A stretch of DNA of 64,000 bases from an uncultured Gammaproteobacteria bacterium (lineage in GTDB: Bacteria; Patescibacteriota; Microgenomatia; Levybacterales; GWA1-39-11), in the NCBI GenBank assembly GCA_964651815.1, contig CAZYWG010000011.1, forward strand, positions 1,056 through 65,055. Direction: 5' to 3'. The translations under genes and the position numbers were made by a program. Each line of letters opens with the position of its first letter. Within the stretch, counting starts at the first letter, position 1. This document shows positions 30,622-39,962 of the stretch, piece by piece. The notes beneath the pieces were generated by a model. The model did no database searches. It was not told the DNA's origin and saw only the letters and a program-made list of their open reading frames with translations.

Positions 30622-32600
30622 TTATTGCCTTGTCTTAAATACCTGATTTTGTCCCGCAATAATGCTGCGGTTTCAAAATCTAATTGTTTTGCAGATTCTG
30701 CCATTTCTTTTCTAAGTTTTTTGATGAGTTTTTCTCGGTCATCAGGAAGTAAAACATCTTTTTCAAGCAACGGTTTCAAATCTTCCAAAATGTCAACTTT
30801 TTTAACCAATCTTTCCCTAATAATTTTCTCAACCGTTTTTGGAGTTATTCCGTGCATTTCATTATACTTAAGTTGATTCTCTCGTCTTCTGTCTACCTCT
30901 TCAATTGCGGCTTTCATTGAACGAGTGTTGTCATCAGCATATAAAATAACTTTTGAATCAACCCGCCTTGCTGCTCTCCCCATAATTTGGATAAGAGAAG
31001 TCCTGGATCTTAAGAAACCTTCTTTATCAGCGTCCATTATGGCAACGAGTGAAACCTCGGGCAAATCAAGTCCTTCACGGAGCAAATTTATACCAACCAA
31101 GACATCATACTTCCCATTTCTCAACTCATCCAAAATATCTTGTCTTTGAAAAGTGTCTATCTCAGAATGTAAATATTGAACCTTTATTCCTTTGTCTTCA
31201 AGATAAAAAGACAAATCCTCAGCCATTCTTTTTGTGAGTGTGGTGACTAATACTCTTTCTTTTTTTTCAACAGTTTTATTGATCTCGGAAATAAGGTCAT
31301 CTACTTGCCCTTCAGTAGGTCTTATCTCTACGTTTGGGTCAACTATCCCCGTGGGTCTAATTAATTGTTCTGCAACATTTTCTTTCCCAGCCAACTCAAT
31401 TTCCCAAGGGTTAGGGGTTGCAGACAAAAATATAGTTTGTTTGATTCTTGTCATAAATTCTTCAAATTTTAGCGGTCTATTGTCATATGCTGAGGGAAGC
31501 CGAAAACCATAATCTACTAAAAGCTTTTTACGGGCAAAATCACCATTAAACATACCTCTTATTTGCGGGACAGTCATGTGTGATTCATCAAGTATCAAAA
31601 GCCAAGGTTTTCCCGAGTGGGCATAATAGTCTAGAAGCGTATAGGGTGGATCTCCCGGTTTTCTGCCGTCAAAGTATCTTGAATAGTTCTCGATTCCATT
31701 AACGTATCCTACTTGCTTAATCATTTTTATATCATATTCCGTACGTTTTTGAAGGCGGTCCGCTTCAAGGGGCTTTTTCATTTCTATTAATTCCTTGACA
31801 CGAGCGGCCAAATCTTTTCTCATTTCCGCAAATGCACCTTCATACGTGTTTCTATTTGTTATGTAGTGCTTTGCAGGATAAATTGTCACCCATTTAGTAT
31901 TTTCAACAACATTTCCGTTGAGAGGATCAACCTTGTCAATTTTCTCAACAATGTCCCCTGCCAAAGTTATTCTTAAAACCAGATCTTCAGAAGCCGTGTA
32001 AACTTCAATGGTGTCTCCTCTGACTCTAAAAGTGCTTCTCTTAAAAGCATAGTCATTTCTTGCGTATTGAAGGTCAAGCAAACGGTCAAGAATTGAGTTT
32101 CTAGAGAGTTTTACGCCTTCTGCTATCTCAAGACTTATTTTTCCATATTCAACCGGAGACCCTAAATTGTAAATTGCAGAAACAGATGCTACAACAATAG
32201 TATCGGGACGGGTAAGTATATTGGTTGTTGCTGCTAAACGAAGTTTGTCTATCTCCTCATTTATCTCAGTCTCCTTTGCAATATAAGTGTCGGTTGTGGG
32301 AATATATGCTTCTGGTTGATAGTAATCATAATAAGAAACAAAGTAAGACACCGCATTTTTTGGGAAGAAGTCACGAAACTCCTGATAAAGCTGTGCTGCT
32401 AGCGTCTTATTGTGTGTCATGACAAGCGTTGGAATATTAAGGTCTCTTATAACGTTTGACATGGTAAACGTTTTTCCACTTCCAGTCACACCAAGCAAAA
32501 CTTGAAACGGAGCATTATTCTTAAATCCTTTTTCAAGCTTCAGAATTGCATCTGGTTGGTCTCCTGTAGGTTTGTATTTTGATAATAGTTCAAAATTCAT
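30618..32600 (-). CDS. uvrB: Excinuclease ABC subunit B
   Basis: GVTGSGKT, YYDYYQPEAY, DESH, GINLLREGLD, C-terminal UVR domain. Confidence 0.98.
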   Translation of the reverse strand: MNFELLSKYKPTGDQPDAILKLEKGFKNNAPFQVLLGVTGSGKTFTMSNVIRDLNIPTLVMTHNKTLAAQLYQEFRDFFPKNAVSYFVSYYDYYQPEAYIPTTDTYIAKETEINEEIDKLRLAATTNILTRPDTIVVASVSAIYNLGSPVEYGKISLEIAEGVKLSRNSILDRLLDLQYARNDYAFKRSTFRVRGDTIEVYTASEDLVLRITLAGDIVEKIDKVDPLNGNVVENTKWVTIYPAKHYITNRNTYEGAFAEMRKDLAARVKELIEMKKPLEADRLQKRTEYDIKMIKQVGYVNGIENYSRYFDGRKPGDPPYTLLDYYAHSGKPWLLILDESHMTVPQIRGMFNGDFARKKLLVDYGFRLPSAYDNRPLKFEEFMTRIKQTIFLSATPNPWEIELAGKENVAEQLIRPTGIVDPNVEIRPTEGQVDDLISEINKTVEKKERVLVTTLTKRMAEDLSFYLEDKGIKVQYLHSEIDTFQRQDILDELRNGKYDVLVGINLLREGLDLPEVSLVAIMDADKEGFLRSRTSLIQIMGRAARRVDSKVILYADDNTRSMKAAIEEVDRRRENQLKYNEMHGITPKTVEKIIRERLVKKVDILEDLKPLLEKDVLLPDDREKLIKKLRKEMAESAKQLDFETAALLRDKIRYLRQGNN

Positions 32601-32695
32601 AGCTTTCTATTTTAACATAGTTCGTAAAGTCACCTGCTATCTAGCATAGGCTTTTATTAATCAATTTTGATATCGTTTGAATATTTTTACATCAG

Positions 32696-32738
32696 TTGAC
32701 CTTCGCATTATTTTCGTGTAAATTAGTATTATTGTTCG
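32696..32738 (+). promoter_or_regulatory. lexA promoter with overlapping putative LexA operator
   Basis: TTGACC-17-TAAATT (32696-32724); TTCG at 32702, 32713 and 32735, in 11-bp phase. Confidence 0.65.
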
Positions 32739-32776
32739 ATAGTATAGATTTTACATCTTATATCCTACAATCCTAT

Positions 32777-33430
32777 ATGACAGCAGTACTATATAGAAGA
32801 GAAAGGGATCTACTTGCATACATTATGCAGTTTCAGGAGCAAAATGGATATTCCCCTACCCTACGTGAAATGGCTGACGCAATGGGCCGCAATAGTGTTT
32901 CTACTATCCACGCGCTCATTCGCACAATGGTTGAGAAAGGTTATCTTCAAAAAGTTGAAGGCAACAACAGAACACTTAAAGTCCTAAAAAAAGAAAATCT
33001 TGGGATACTCATGGGTTCAACACCAAAGATTATTGGACCAACAATTACTCTACCACTTATGGGTTACATTGCAGCTGGAAAACCTCTTGAACCATATACG
33101 GACCCGGAGGCAACTTTTCCTATTGCTACAGGAATGTTAACCGGAAAGCGCACCTCTTACGTCTTACAGGTTAAAGGGAGTTCTATGATTGAAGATGGAA
33201 TATTAGATGGAGACTTTGTAGTAATTGAAAAGACAGAAACCGCAAAAAACGGGGATATAGTTGTAGCTTTGGTGGATGACAGCCTCGCTACATTAAAACG
33301 ATTTTATAGAGAAAACGATCGAGTTGTTCTTAAGCCAGCTAACAGCGCTATGGAGCCAATTTACCCCGAGCAAATTCAAATTCAAGGGATAGTAGTAAGT
33401 TTGGTCCGTAGATTTAATTTCTTGTCCTAG
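32777..33430 (+). CDS. lexA: SOS repressor LexA
   Basis: GYSPTLREM wHTH, IAAG cleavage site, GSSM and TLKR Ser/Lys dyad; start at MTAVLY. Confidence 0.95.
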   Translation: MTAVLYRRERDLLAYIMQFQEQNGYSPTLREMADAMGRNSVSTIHALIRTMVEKGYLQKVEGNNRTLKVLKKENLGILMGSTPKIIGPTITLPLMGYIAAGKPLEPYTDPEATFPIATGMLTGKRTSYVLQVKGSSMIEDGILDGDFVVIEKTETAKNGDIVVALVDDSLATLKRFYRENDRVVLKPANSAMEPIYPEQIQIQGIVVSLVRRFNFLS

Positions 33431-33490
33431 CCAGTTTACCCTGAGGAACAAAGTGACGAATGGGCCGCTTTTAACTTTCTCCAATAAAAT

Positions 33491-33907
33491 CTACCGAAGA
33501 GTTGTTTCAAATAGTAGTTTACAGTTTGTTAATCCTGATTTCTCCATCTGACTAACAGAGTAGGCTCCTGCTTTACGTTCCTCAACCTCGCTTGGTAGCA
33601 TACTCCTTCTTATTACCCCAAGTGTGTGGCTTGATGCTGTCCACCTATCAAATAACTCTACCATTCGTTGATAGTCAGAAGTACCCGTAGCAGTACTACG
33701 TTCTGTAACAAAATTAAACTGAATTACTACGCCAGTGTTATCGGCGTTTACAGCGCGCGTCAAACCCATCCAACGAAAATAATGAGACCTTTTTATATGA
33801 TCGCCAAAAGCCTTTAATTGTCCCGCCGCAACAGAGTTAGGTAGGATTTCAAAGTGAGATCTCAGGTATTCATATACATCTAGAGGTTGGGGTCTTTGCT
33901 CAGGCAT
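33491..33907 (-). CDS. Hypothetical protein
   Basis: 138-aa ORF; no motif recognised. Confidence 0.5.
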   Translation of the reverse strand: MPEQRPQPLDVYEYLRSHFEILPNSVAAGQLKAFGDHIKRSHYFRWMGLTRAVNADNTGVVIQFNFVTERSTATGTSDYQRMVELFDRWTASSHTLGVIRRSMLPSEVEERKAGAYSVSQMEKSGLTNCKLLFETTLR

Positions 33908-33930
33908 CAGAGGATTATATCAAAGATGAT

Positions 33931-34560
33931 CTATTTTTTGAATAATTTCTTTCGGAGATGAAGGTGTTTTTCAACATAAACTATTATTCCGATTACTATT
34001 AACGCAATTATGAAAAATTCAAATTTCCTATAATAAGGCTCAAGGCTGTTCCAGTGTGCTCCCAATGTAAACCCTATGTATGTTAAGAGTGTAGACCAAA
34101 TCAGGCAACCAAGTGTTGTATAAATTACAAACTTTTTGATATCCATTTCAAACATTCCGGCAGGAAGTGATATAACCGTCCTGATCCCAGGAAGAAGCCT
34201 TGAGATAAAAATTACTTTATCGCCATACTTTTTAAACCACGTTCCCGCCTTTTCATATTCGTGCTCGGACAAAAGAACGTATTTTCCGTATTTTTTGATA
34301 AGCCTAACTAAAACACTCTCTTCAAGAAAATACCCAATGTAATATGCAACAAGTGAACCTACAAGATTCGCCAAAGTGCCCACAAGTACAACATATATAT
34401 ATGATAGCGAGCCTTGGGAAGCTAAGAAGCCCGAAAAAGGCATGGTCACTTCTGAAGGAATTGGAATGAGCGCCGATTCAAGAGCCATCAGAGTAAATAT
34501 GCCAATATAGCCAGTTGATGATATAAATTGTATAATAAAGGCCGCCAAGTGCTCTAACAT
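33931..34560 (-). CDS. dedA: DedA family membrane protein
   Basis: LESALIPIPSE and FISRLLPGIRTVISLPAG; start MLEHLAAF at 34560. Confidence 0.92.
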   Translation of the reverse strand: MLEHLAAFIIQFISSTGYIGIFTLMALESALIPIPSEVTMPFSGFLASQGSLSYIYVVLVGTLANLVGSLVAYYIGYFLEESVLVRLIKKYGKYVLLSEHEYEKAGTWFKKYGDKVIFISRLLPGIRTVISLPAGMFEMDIKKFVIYTTLGCLIWSTLLTYIGFTLGAHWNSLEPYYRKFEFFIIALIVIGIIVYVEKHLHLRKKLFKK

Positions 34561-35254
34561 GAATCTATATATTGTATCAACGCCTATCGGGAATTTGCAA
34601 GATATAACTCTTCGTGCGGCAACAATTTTGCTAGAAACAAAAATTATAATTGCCGAATCCACTTCAAAAGCCGGACTATTACTTAGTTTTATTGAGCGTG
34701 AATTTGACAAAAAGAGATTACTAGATCAAAAAATCATTTCTCTAACAGAAGATGAGGAGGAAAATAAAATTCCTCACATTTTAAATTTTTTGGAGACTGA
34801 TGACGCAGCTTTAATTTCCGAAGCAGGTACCCCGTTAATTTCTGATCCAGGTTTTAAATTAGTCCGTGAAGCAATAAGTCATGGCGTCACAATAATTCCG
34901 ATCCCCGGAGCAACTGCAGTAATGGCTGCGCTGAGCGTTTCAGGATTTCCTACGGATAAATTCTTGTTTTTGGGATTCCTGTCAAAAAGTGCCTCTAAAA
35001 AAGAGAAAACCTTTGCCGATTTAAAATTGGTGCCATTCAAACAAACGATAATATTATACGAATCACCCCAAAGATTAATTGAAACATTAAAGTCAATCAA
35101 TAGTGTTTTAGGAGACATTGATATTGTGATTGCACGCGAATTAACAAAAATTCATGAAGAAATAAGAAGAGAAAGAATTTCTGTATCCATAGATCACTTT
35201 AGGGCAAATGCTCCAAGAGGTGAGTTTACAATTCTTTTTATTTCCGGCAGTTAA
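34559..35254 (+). CDS. rsmI: 16S rRNA C1402 2'-O-methyltransferase
   Basis: LYIVSTPIGNLQDITLRA, SEAGTPLISDPG, YESPQR, ARELTKIHEE. Confidence 0.93.
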   Translation: MNLYIVSTPIGNLQDITLRAATILLETKIIIAESTSKAGLLLSFIEREFDKKRLLDQKIISLTEDEEENKIPHILNFLETDDAALISEAGTPLISDPGFKLVREAISHGVTIIPIPGATAVMAALSVSGFPTDKFLFLGFLSKSASKKEKTFADLKLVPFKQTIILYESPQRLIETLKSINSVLGDIDIVIARELTKIHEEIRRERISVSIDHFRANAPRGEFTILFISGS

Positions 35255-35268
35255 ACGCAGTCGTTACT

Positions 35269-36516
35269 TCATTTAGATATAGCTTGTTCAATCTCGAGGA
35301 GCTTGTTGTATTTTACAGTACGTTCTCTTGCAGGCGCGCCAAATTTAACGTAGTCCGCTCCAATCCCCACCGCAAAATCTGCAATAAATGTGTCATTCGT
35401 TTCGCCACTTCTACTGGAAACAATTATTTTCAGATTTGTGTATTTTGCAATTTCAGCAAGCGCAATGGCTTCACTTATTGTACCAATCTGATTGGGTTTA
35501 ATTACCACCCCGCCAATTGCTTTTGCTGATACAGCTGCTTGGAGCCTATAAGGGCTCGCCGATATTAAATCATCCCCTACAATGAGTGCTTTTGAAGAAA
35601 TTGCAGGTGTTATTTTCTTCCACTCTTCAGGGTCTGCGCTTTCTAGAGGATCCTCAAGGTAGATGAGCGAGAAGTCAGATGTTAAAGTTTGGTAAAATCC
35701 AATCATATCTGTCGTACTTAGAGGTGTATGTTTGTCAAAAATTGTATAGTTTTTATTTGAAAAAAAAGAATCAGATGCACAATCAAGTCCTAAAAACGCG
35801 TCAAGAGAAAAAGACAATCCGGCGCCTTCAACAGAATCTTTAAGTGTGGAAAGGGCTTCTTGGTTTGTTGCAAGGTCTGGTGAAAAACCTCCTTCATCTG
35901 CTGACAGAATGCTTCTGTTTCTTTCTGTCAATATTTTTTGAAGAGAAGCGTAGACCAAACTACCTATCTCAAGACTTTCAGTGTACGTTTTAGTGGACGC
36001 TGGAATGAGTAAAAATTCTTGGAAATTGAGCTGTCCTTTTCCGTGTTTACCACCCTCAATCAAAGAAAACAAAGGGACCGGCATTTTTTTTTCTTTTTTG
36101 CCGGTAAATTGACCAATGTATTCAAATAGTGGGATTTTTGCAGATTTAGCTGCCGCTTTTGCAACGGCTTGCGATACAGATATAATTGCATTTCCGCCAA
36201 TTTTTTCTTTATTCGCAGTTCCGTCAAGGTCTATCATGAGCCTATCTATTTTTTGTTGCTCGGTAGAGTCAATACCTAATAATTTTGGTGCAATAATGTC
36301 TGTTACATTCTGAACTGCTTTTAATACACCCATGCCGTTGTATTTGCCGCCGTCTCCATCACGCAGTTCATGTGCTTCATATGCGCTTTGCGAGAGGCCT
36401 GACGGTGCCGAGGACCGTGCCCAAGTTTCATCTGAAAGCGTAACTAGTGATTCAATTGTAGGAATTCCTTTGGAATCCAGAATCTGTCTTGCAGAGACTG
36501 ACTTAATAGTGGCCAT
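35269..36516 (-). CDS. eno: Enolase
   Basis: ARQILDSKG.PT, FQEF, DEGG, VGDDL, KPNQIG, RSGET. Confidence 0.9.
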   Translation of the reverse strand: MATIKSVSARQILDSKGIPTIESLVTLSDETWARSSAPSGLSQSAYEAHELRDGDGGKYNGMGVLKAVQNVTDIIAPKLLGIDSTEQQKIDRLMIDLDGTANKEKIGGNAIISVSQAVAKAAAKSAKIPLFEYIGQFTGKKEKKMPVPLFSLIEGGKHGKGQLNFQEFLLIPASTKTYTESLEIGSLVYASLQKILTERNRSILSADEGGFSPDLATNQEALSTLKDSVEGAGLSFSLDAFLGLDCASDSFFSNKNYTIFDKHTPLSTTDMIGFYQTLTSDFSLIYLEDPLESADPEEWKKITPAISSKALIVGDDLISASPYRLQAAVSAKAIGGVVIKPNQIGTISEAIALAEIAKYTNLKIIVSSRSGETNDTFIADFAVGIGADYVKFGAPARERTVKYNKLLEIEQAISK

Positions 36517-37732
36517 AAAACCCTCCTTCAAAAATTTGTCCAGAATTTGCATTAAGTGTCACGATTTTATTATCTTGGAAGGCAGAAAGTGCATTTTTTA
36601 CGCCAACTATAGCAGGCATTTGAAGCATTTTTACAAACGCTTGCGTAGCGTTATCACCTTTGTCTTCTAAAACAACTCCACGTGCAAGCTTTAAAACGTT
36701 TGCGCGTGCTTTACCTAAAGTTTTTGCAAAAATGATATCTTCGCTTCTTATTTTTGAAAAATCACCAATATTTTCTAACTTTCTGGTATGTCCGGTTGCG
36801 ATGCCGGGATTAATGGGCGTTCCGTTTATAGTATTTCTATTTTGAGTACTTTGGCCAGGAATAATTGCCGGTTTAACCAGTAAAATATAGAAACTGTCAC
36901 TGCTTTTTCCCCACAAAATTTCTTGTGGGGAAAGATAGTGTTTTTCAAGCTTATTTATAAGATGAACTAGCGCCGCAACTTCACTACCCCTAAGCTTATC
37001 AAAATCATATGTTTTGGCTCCATTTCTTATATAAACTGCCGGACCATTTTTTGGATAACGCTTGGTCGCTTCGTAACTAGCTTTATCTACCACTAGTTCG
37101 TGTCCGGTTGAAAACTGTATTACAATTTTTGACCTGTCATTTAGTTGATAATCAAAAGGAAAAATTTTTCCAAGAAGGTCATCAACTGATGTTTTTTGGA
37201 CAAGTGACGTAACTGCACTCTTAAAATGGTCAATTTTTTTTAAATGGCGATTCAAAATATTAGCCGGTGTAAAAAGCGAGATCCAATATGCCCTAATTGT
37301 ATCAAATAACACAGCGTCTCCTTTGATATGGTGAGGCTTGGTGTGTAAGTTGAGAGACGATTCGCGAGGTGTAGTGTAACCATGAATTGCAAAATTCAAA
37401 CTGTTGAGTTTAGTGTAATAATCCCTAATTTCAGAGACTAAATTGTTTGGTATTTCGCTAGAGGCAATAATTCTCTTAATATGTATTGCAATTTGTTCAA
37501 GAGATCCAGGTAATTCATAATTGATTGCTCCTAACAAATGTTTGATCTTAGTTTCTAATGAATTGTGCCTAACAAATTCATAATATGCGTGGGGTGTTAC
37601 AACAAAACCAGGGGCAATGGGAAATCCATGAGTAAATAATTCTCCGAGTCTCGCCAAATTTTCTCCAACAAGATGCGCGTCGTCAAGATCCAGGTCATAC
37701 AAAGAAACAACCCAGGCAGAGGGCTTTATCAT
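36503..37732 (-). CDS. Truncated/degenerate PEP synthase-like protein (N-terminal domain plus mobile domain)
   Basis: GENLARLGEL...PIAPGFVVT and GTPINPGIATG; the phospho-His motif and the C-terminal barrel are missing. Confidence 0.7.
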   Translation of the reverse strand: MIKPSAWVVSLYDLDLDDAHLVGENLARLGELFTHGFPIAPGFVVTPHAYYEFVRHNSLETKIKHLLGAINYELPGSLEQIAIHIKRIIASSEIPNNLVSEIRDYYTKLNSLNFAIHGYTTPRESSLNLHTKPHHIKGDAVLFDTIRAYWISLFTPANILNRHLKKIDHFKSAVTSLVQKTSVDDLLGKIFPFDYQLNDRSKIVIQFSTGHELVVDKASYEATKRYPKNGPAVYIRNGAKTYDFDKLRGSEVAALVHLINKLEKHYLSPQEILWGKSSDSFYILLVKPAIIPGQSTQNRNTINGTPINPGIATGHTRKLENIGDFSKIRSEDIIFAKTLGKARANVLKLARGVVLEDKGDNATQAFVKMLQMPAIVGVKNALSAFQDNKIVTLNANSGQIFEGGFYGHY

Positions 37733-37786
37733 ATATTAATGGTACGCAAATTGAATAGTTATTGCAAGTTCGTACTTTGCGTAGTT

Positions 37787-38713
37787 TTATTCAGTTGAGC
37801 CGGGGACAATAAGGTCAAACTGTTTGGTAGTGGGGCTATAAGCCTTCGGGCCGTAATCTGAGACATAATTAACAATATTTTCTTTAAAATATGCTGGTTT
37901 TGATTCCTGTATTTTACCCGTAATATAATAAGTCAAAGCCATTATTCCAGCAAAGCCCATATCTTCAGGTGGGAATATATCCCAGCGGCTATCAGGGATA
38001 CCAAAAAATTCATTTTTACTACCGATAGATATTACTAATTCGTCTTTATCCCTAATAACAAATTTAGCGTGCCTAGCATGCCCTTGACTAAATGCCCGTA
38101 AAGAAAGCTTGGGCCCAAACATCTCGCTTTTTTTAATATCTAACATAGGGCAAATTGGCATAAATTTGTCTGGTAAAACATACGAATACGCTCTATAATC
38201 ACCAAAATTCTGTGGGAATGAAAGTGACTCGATATACTCTTTAATTTTTGAAGGTTCTTCTCCCGTGGCCGACAATATCATGCCCATATAAGTTGATGTA
38301 TTGTATGTGTATGGCTCGGGGATTGATTTATAAACATATACCTTATCCGCGACATTTGCTGCATCTGAATTTCCTTTTGTAGTAAGCAAGGTTGTATGAA
38401 GAGAGTATTTTTTTGCGAGCTCTATCTCCCAAACTGAATCTTTACCTCCGGAGGCAGAAATTACCATCGCCTGTGTTATTAGCTTATTTTTAATAGCTAA
38501 TTCATAAGAAGGTATAATTTGTTTAAAATTGCTTTCATCCGCAAATACAGCTGACCTTCCGGAAAAAAGAATTAAACCTGTATTATAAGCGTTTCCGGAA
38601 CCTACTACAAAAGGGAAGTTAAAATCGTTAATATTGAGTTGTGGCGGCGGATTTTTAACAAAAAAATCGAGTGTTTGGAGGACAATCTTATCTAAATTTT
38701 GTATCTCATCCAT
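37787..38713 (-). CDS. SIS-domain sugar-phosphate isomerase-like protein
   Basis: VVGSGNA and ISASG motifs; located in a sugar-phosphate operon. Confidence 0.55.
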   Translation of the reverse strand: MDEIQNLDKIVLQTLDFFVKNPPPQLNINDFNFPFVVGSGNAYNTGLILFSGRSAVFADESNFKQIIPSYELAIKNKLITQAMVISASGGKDSVWEIELAKKYSLHTTLLTTKGNSDAANVADKVYVYKSIPEPYTYNTSTYMGMILSATGEEPSKIKEYIESLSFPQNFGDYRAYSYVLPDKFMPICPMLDIKKSEMFGPKLSLRAFSQGHARHAKFVIRDKDELVISIGSKNEFFGIPDSRWDIFPPEDMGFAGIMALTYYITGKIQESKPAYFKENIVNYVSDYGPKAYSPTTKQFDLIVPGSTE

Positions 38714-38716
38714 ATC

Positions 38717-39154
38717 CTAAACTTCTCCTCTTTCAATTTTTCTTTGTTCAGGAGTTTCATCGGGCCTACTATAGTCATCCTCAAGTCTAATTGTTGTTCC
38801 TTGCTCATTCATTGAAGATTCAATTACATCACAATCTGTAACTGCTTGATGTCTATGTTTTTGTCCTGCATACGTAGTATAGCCTTTGCCTTTTTCCATC
38901 TTTACTGCTTCAAGTTCGCCGCTACTATTCTCAAGAATAAGGTTACATTCCCCGTTTATTAACCAATAACTTTCCTGTTTTATTTCATGGACCTGCAAAG
39001 AAAGCCTACAACCAGCGTTAATGTGAAGGACCTTGCCCATGTAAGGCATGCCTTCACGAACCCAATGCAACTCATAGCCCCATGGCTTATCTACTTTTTT
39101 GACATAACCTTCTAAATTAAACTTAGATTTATCAATATTTTTTAAATCAATCAT
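38717..39154 (-). CDS. Cupin, mannose-6-phosphate isomerase type II-like
   Basis: KPWG, LSLQVH..KQE, HR, RLEDDYSR. Confidence 0.8.
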   Translation of the reverse strand: MIDLKNIDKSKFNLEGYVKKVDKPWGYELHWVREGMPYMGKVLHINAGCRLSLQVHEIKQESYWLINGECNLILENSSGELEAVKMEKGKGYTTYAGQKHRHQAVTDCDVIESSMNEQGTTIRLEDDYSRPDETPEQRKIERGEV

Positions 39155-39187
39155 AATTAAATAAAAATCGCTTTCCGATATAGATTT

Positions 39188-39961
39188 TTATAGACTCAAA
39201 ACATCAACGATTTTGTTGTGAATTATTCCATTTGACAAAATAACGTCCCCGTCAAAAATTGAAGCTTCTTCTCCATTTGACCGAGTCATACGCCCACCTG
39301 CTTCAAGAACTACAATTGTTGCGGCAAGCCTATGAATAGGAGGGACATTGAATTCAACATGTGCATCGGTTTTCCCTTGAGCAAGCTTGCAAACAGTATT
39401 TGGATAAGACCCAGTAATCCTAAGATATTGGGCGCTCATCGCAATTTTATTAACAATTTTAAGCTGTTCTACTCGAGGCCTAATATTTGATGCAAAATCT
39501 GTAGTGACAATTGCATCAAACATATCAAAAGTTTTTGAAACATGTATTTTTTTGCCATTAAAGAATGCACCCTTACCTTTTTCTGCCCAGAATAGCTCAC
39601 TTGTTACAGGCATAAAGCAAACTCCCAAAACCAACTTTTCTTTATGAGTTAGCGCAATTGATATTCCAAACTCAGAAAGTCCGTGGATAAAGTTCATTGA
39701 GCCGCACAAAGGATCAAAGTACCATACATAATCACTTTTTCCTCCACTTTCCCCAAATTCTTCACCAATGATGTGGTGATCTGGAAATTGAGCAGATATG
39801 GTCTTTCTAATGGTTTTTTCAGAGTCTTTATCGGCGTTGGATACGCGGTCTGTCTCACTTTTGTTTTCAATTTTTCCGGCACTACCGCTATTAAAGTAGT
39901 CTAACAGGATTTTCCCCGCTTTTGCTGCAGCATCTTTTGCTGTTTTTAATTCTTGAGACAT
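39188..39961 (-). CDS. Inositol monophosphatase family protein
   Basis: IIGEE, W.FDPLCGS.NF, EAGG; non-canonical metal ligands. Confidence 0.8.
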   Translation of the reverse strand: MSQELKTAKDAAAKAGKILLDYFNSGSAGKIENKSETDRVSNADKDSEKTIRKTISAQFPDHHIIGEEFGESGGKSDYVWYFDPLCGSMNFIHGLSEFGISIALTHKEKLVLGVCFMPVTSELFWAEKGKGAFFNGKKIHVSKTFDMFDAIVTTDFASNIRPRVEQLKIVNKIAMSAQYLRITGSYPNTVCKLAQGKTDAHVEFNVPPIHRLAATIVVLEAGGRMTRSNGEEASIFDGDVILSNGIIHNKIVDVLSL

Positions 39962-39962
39962 T

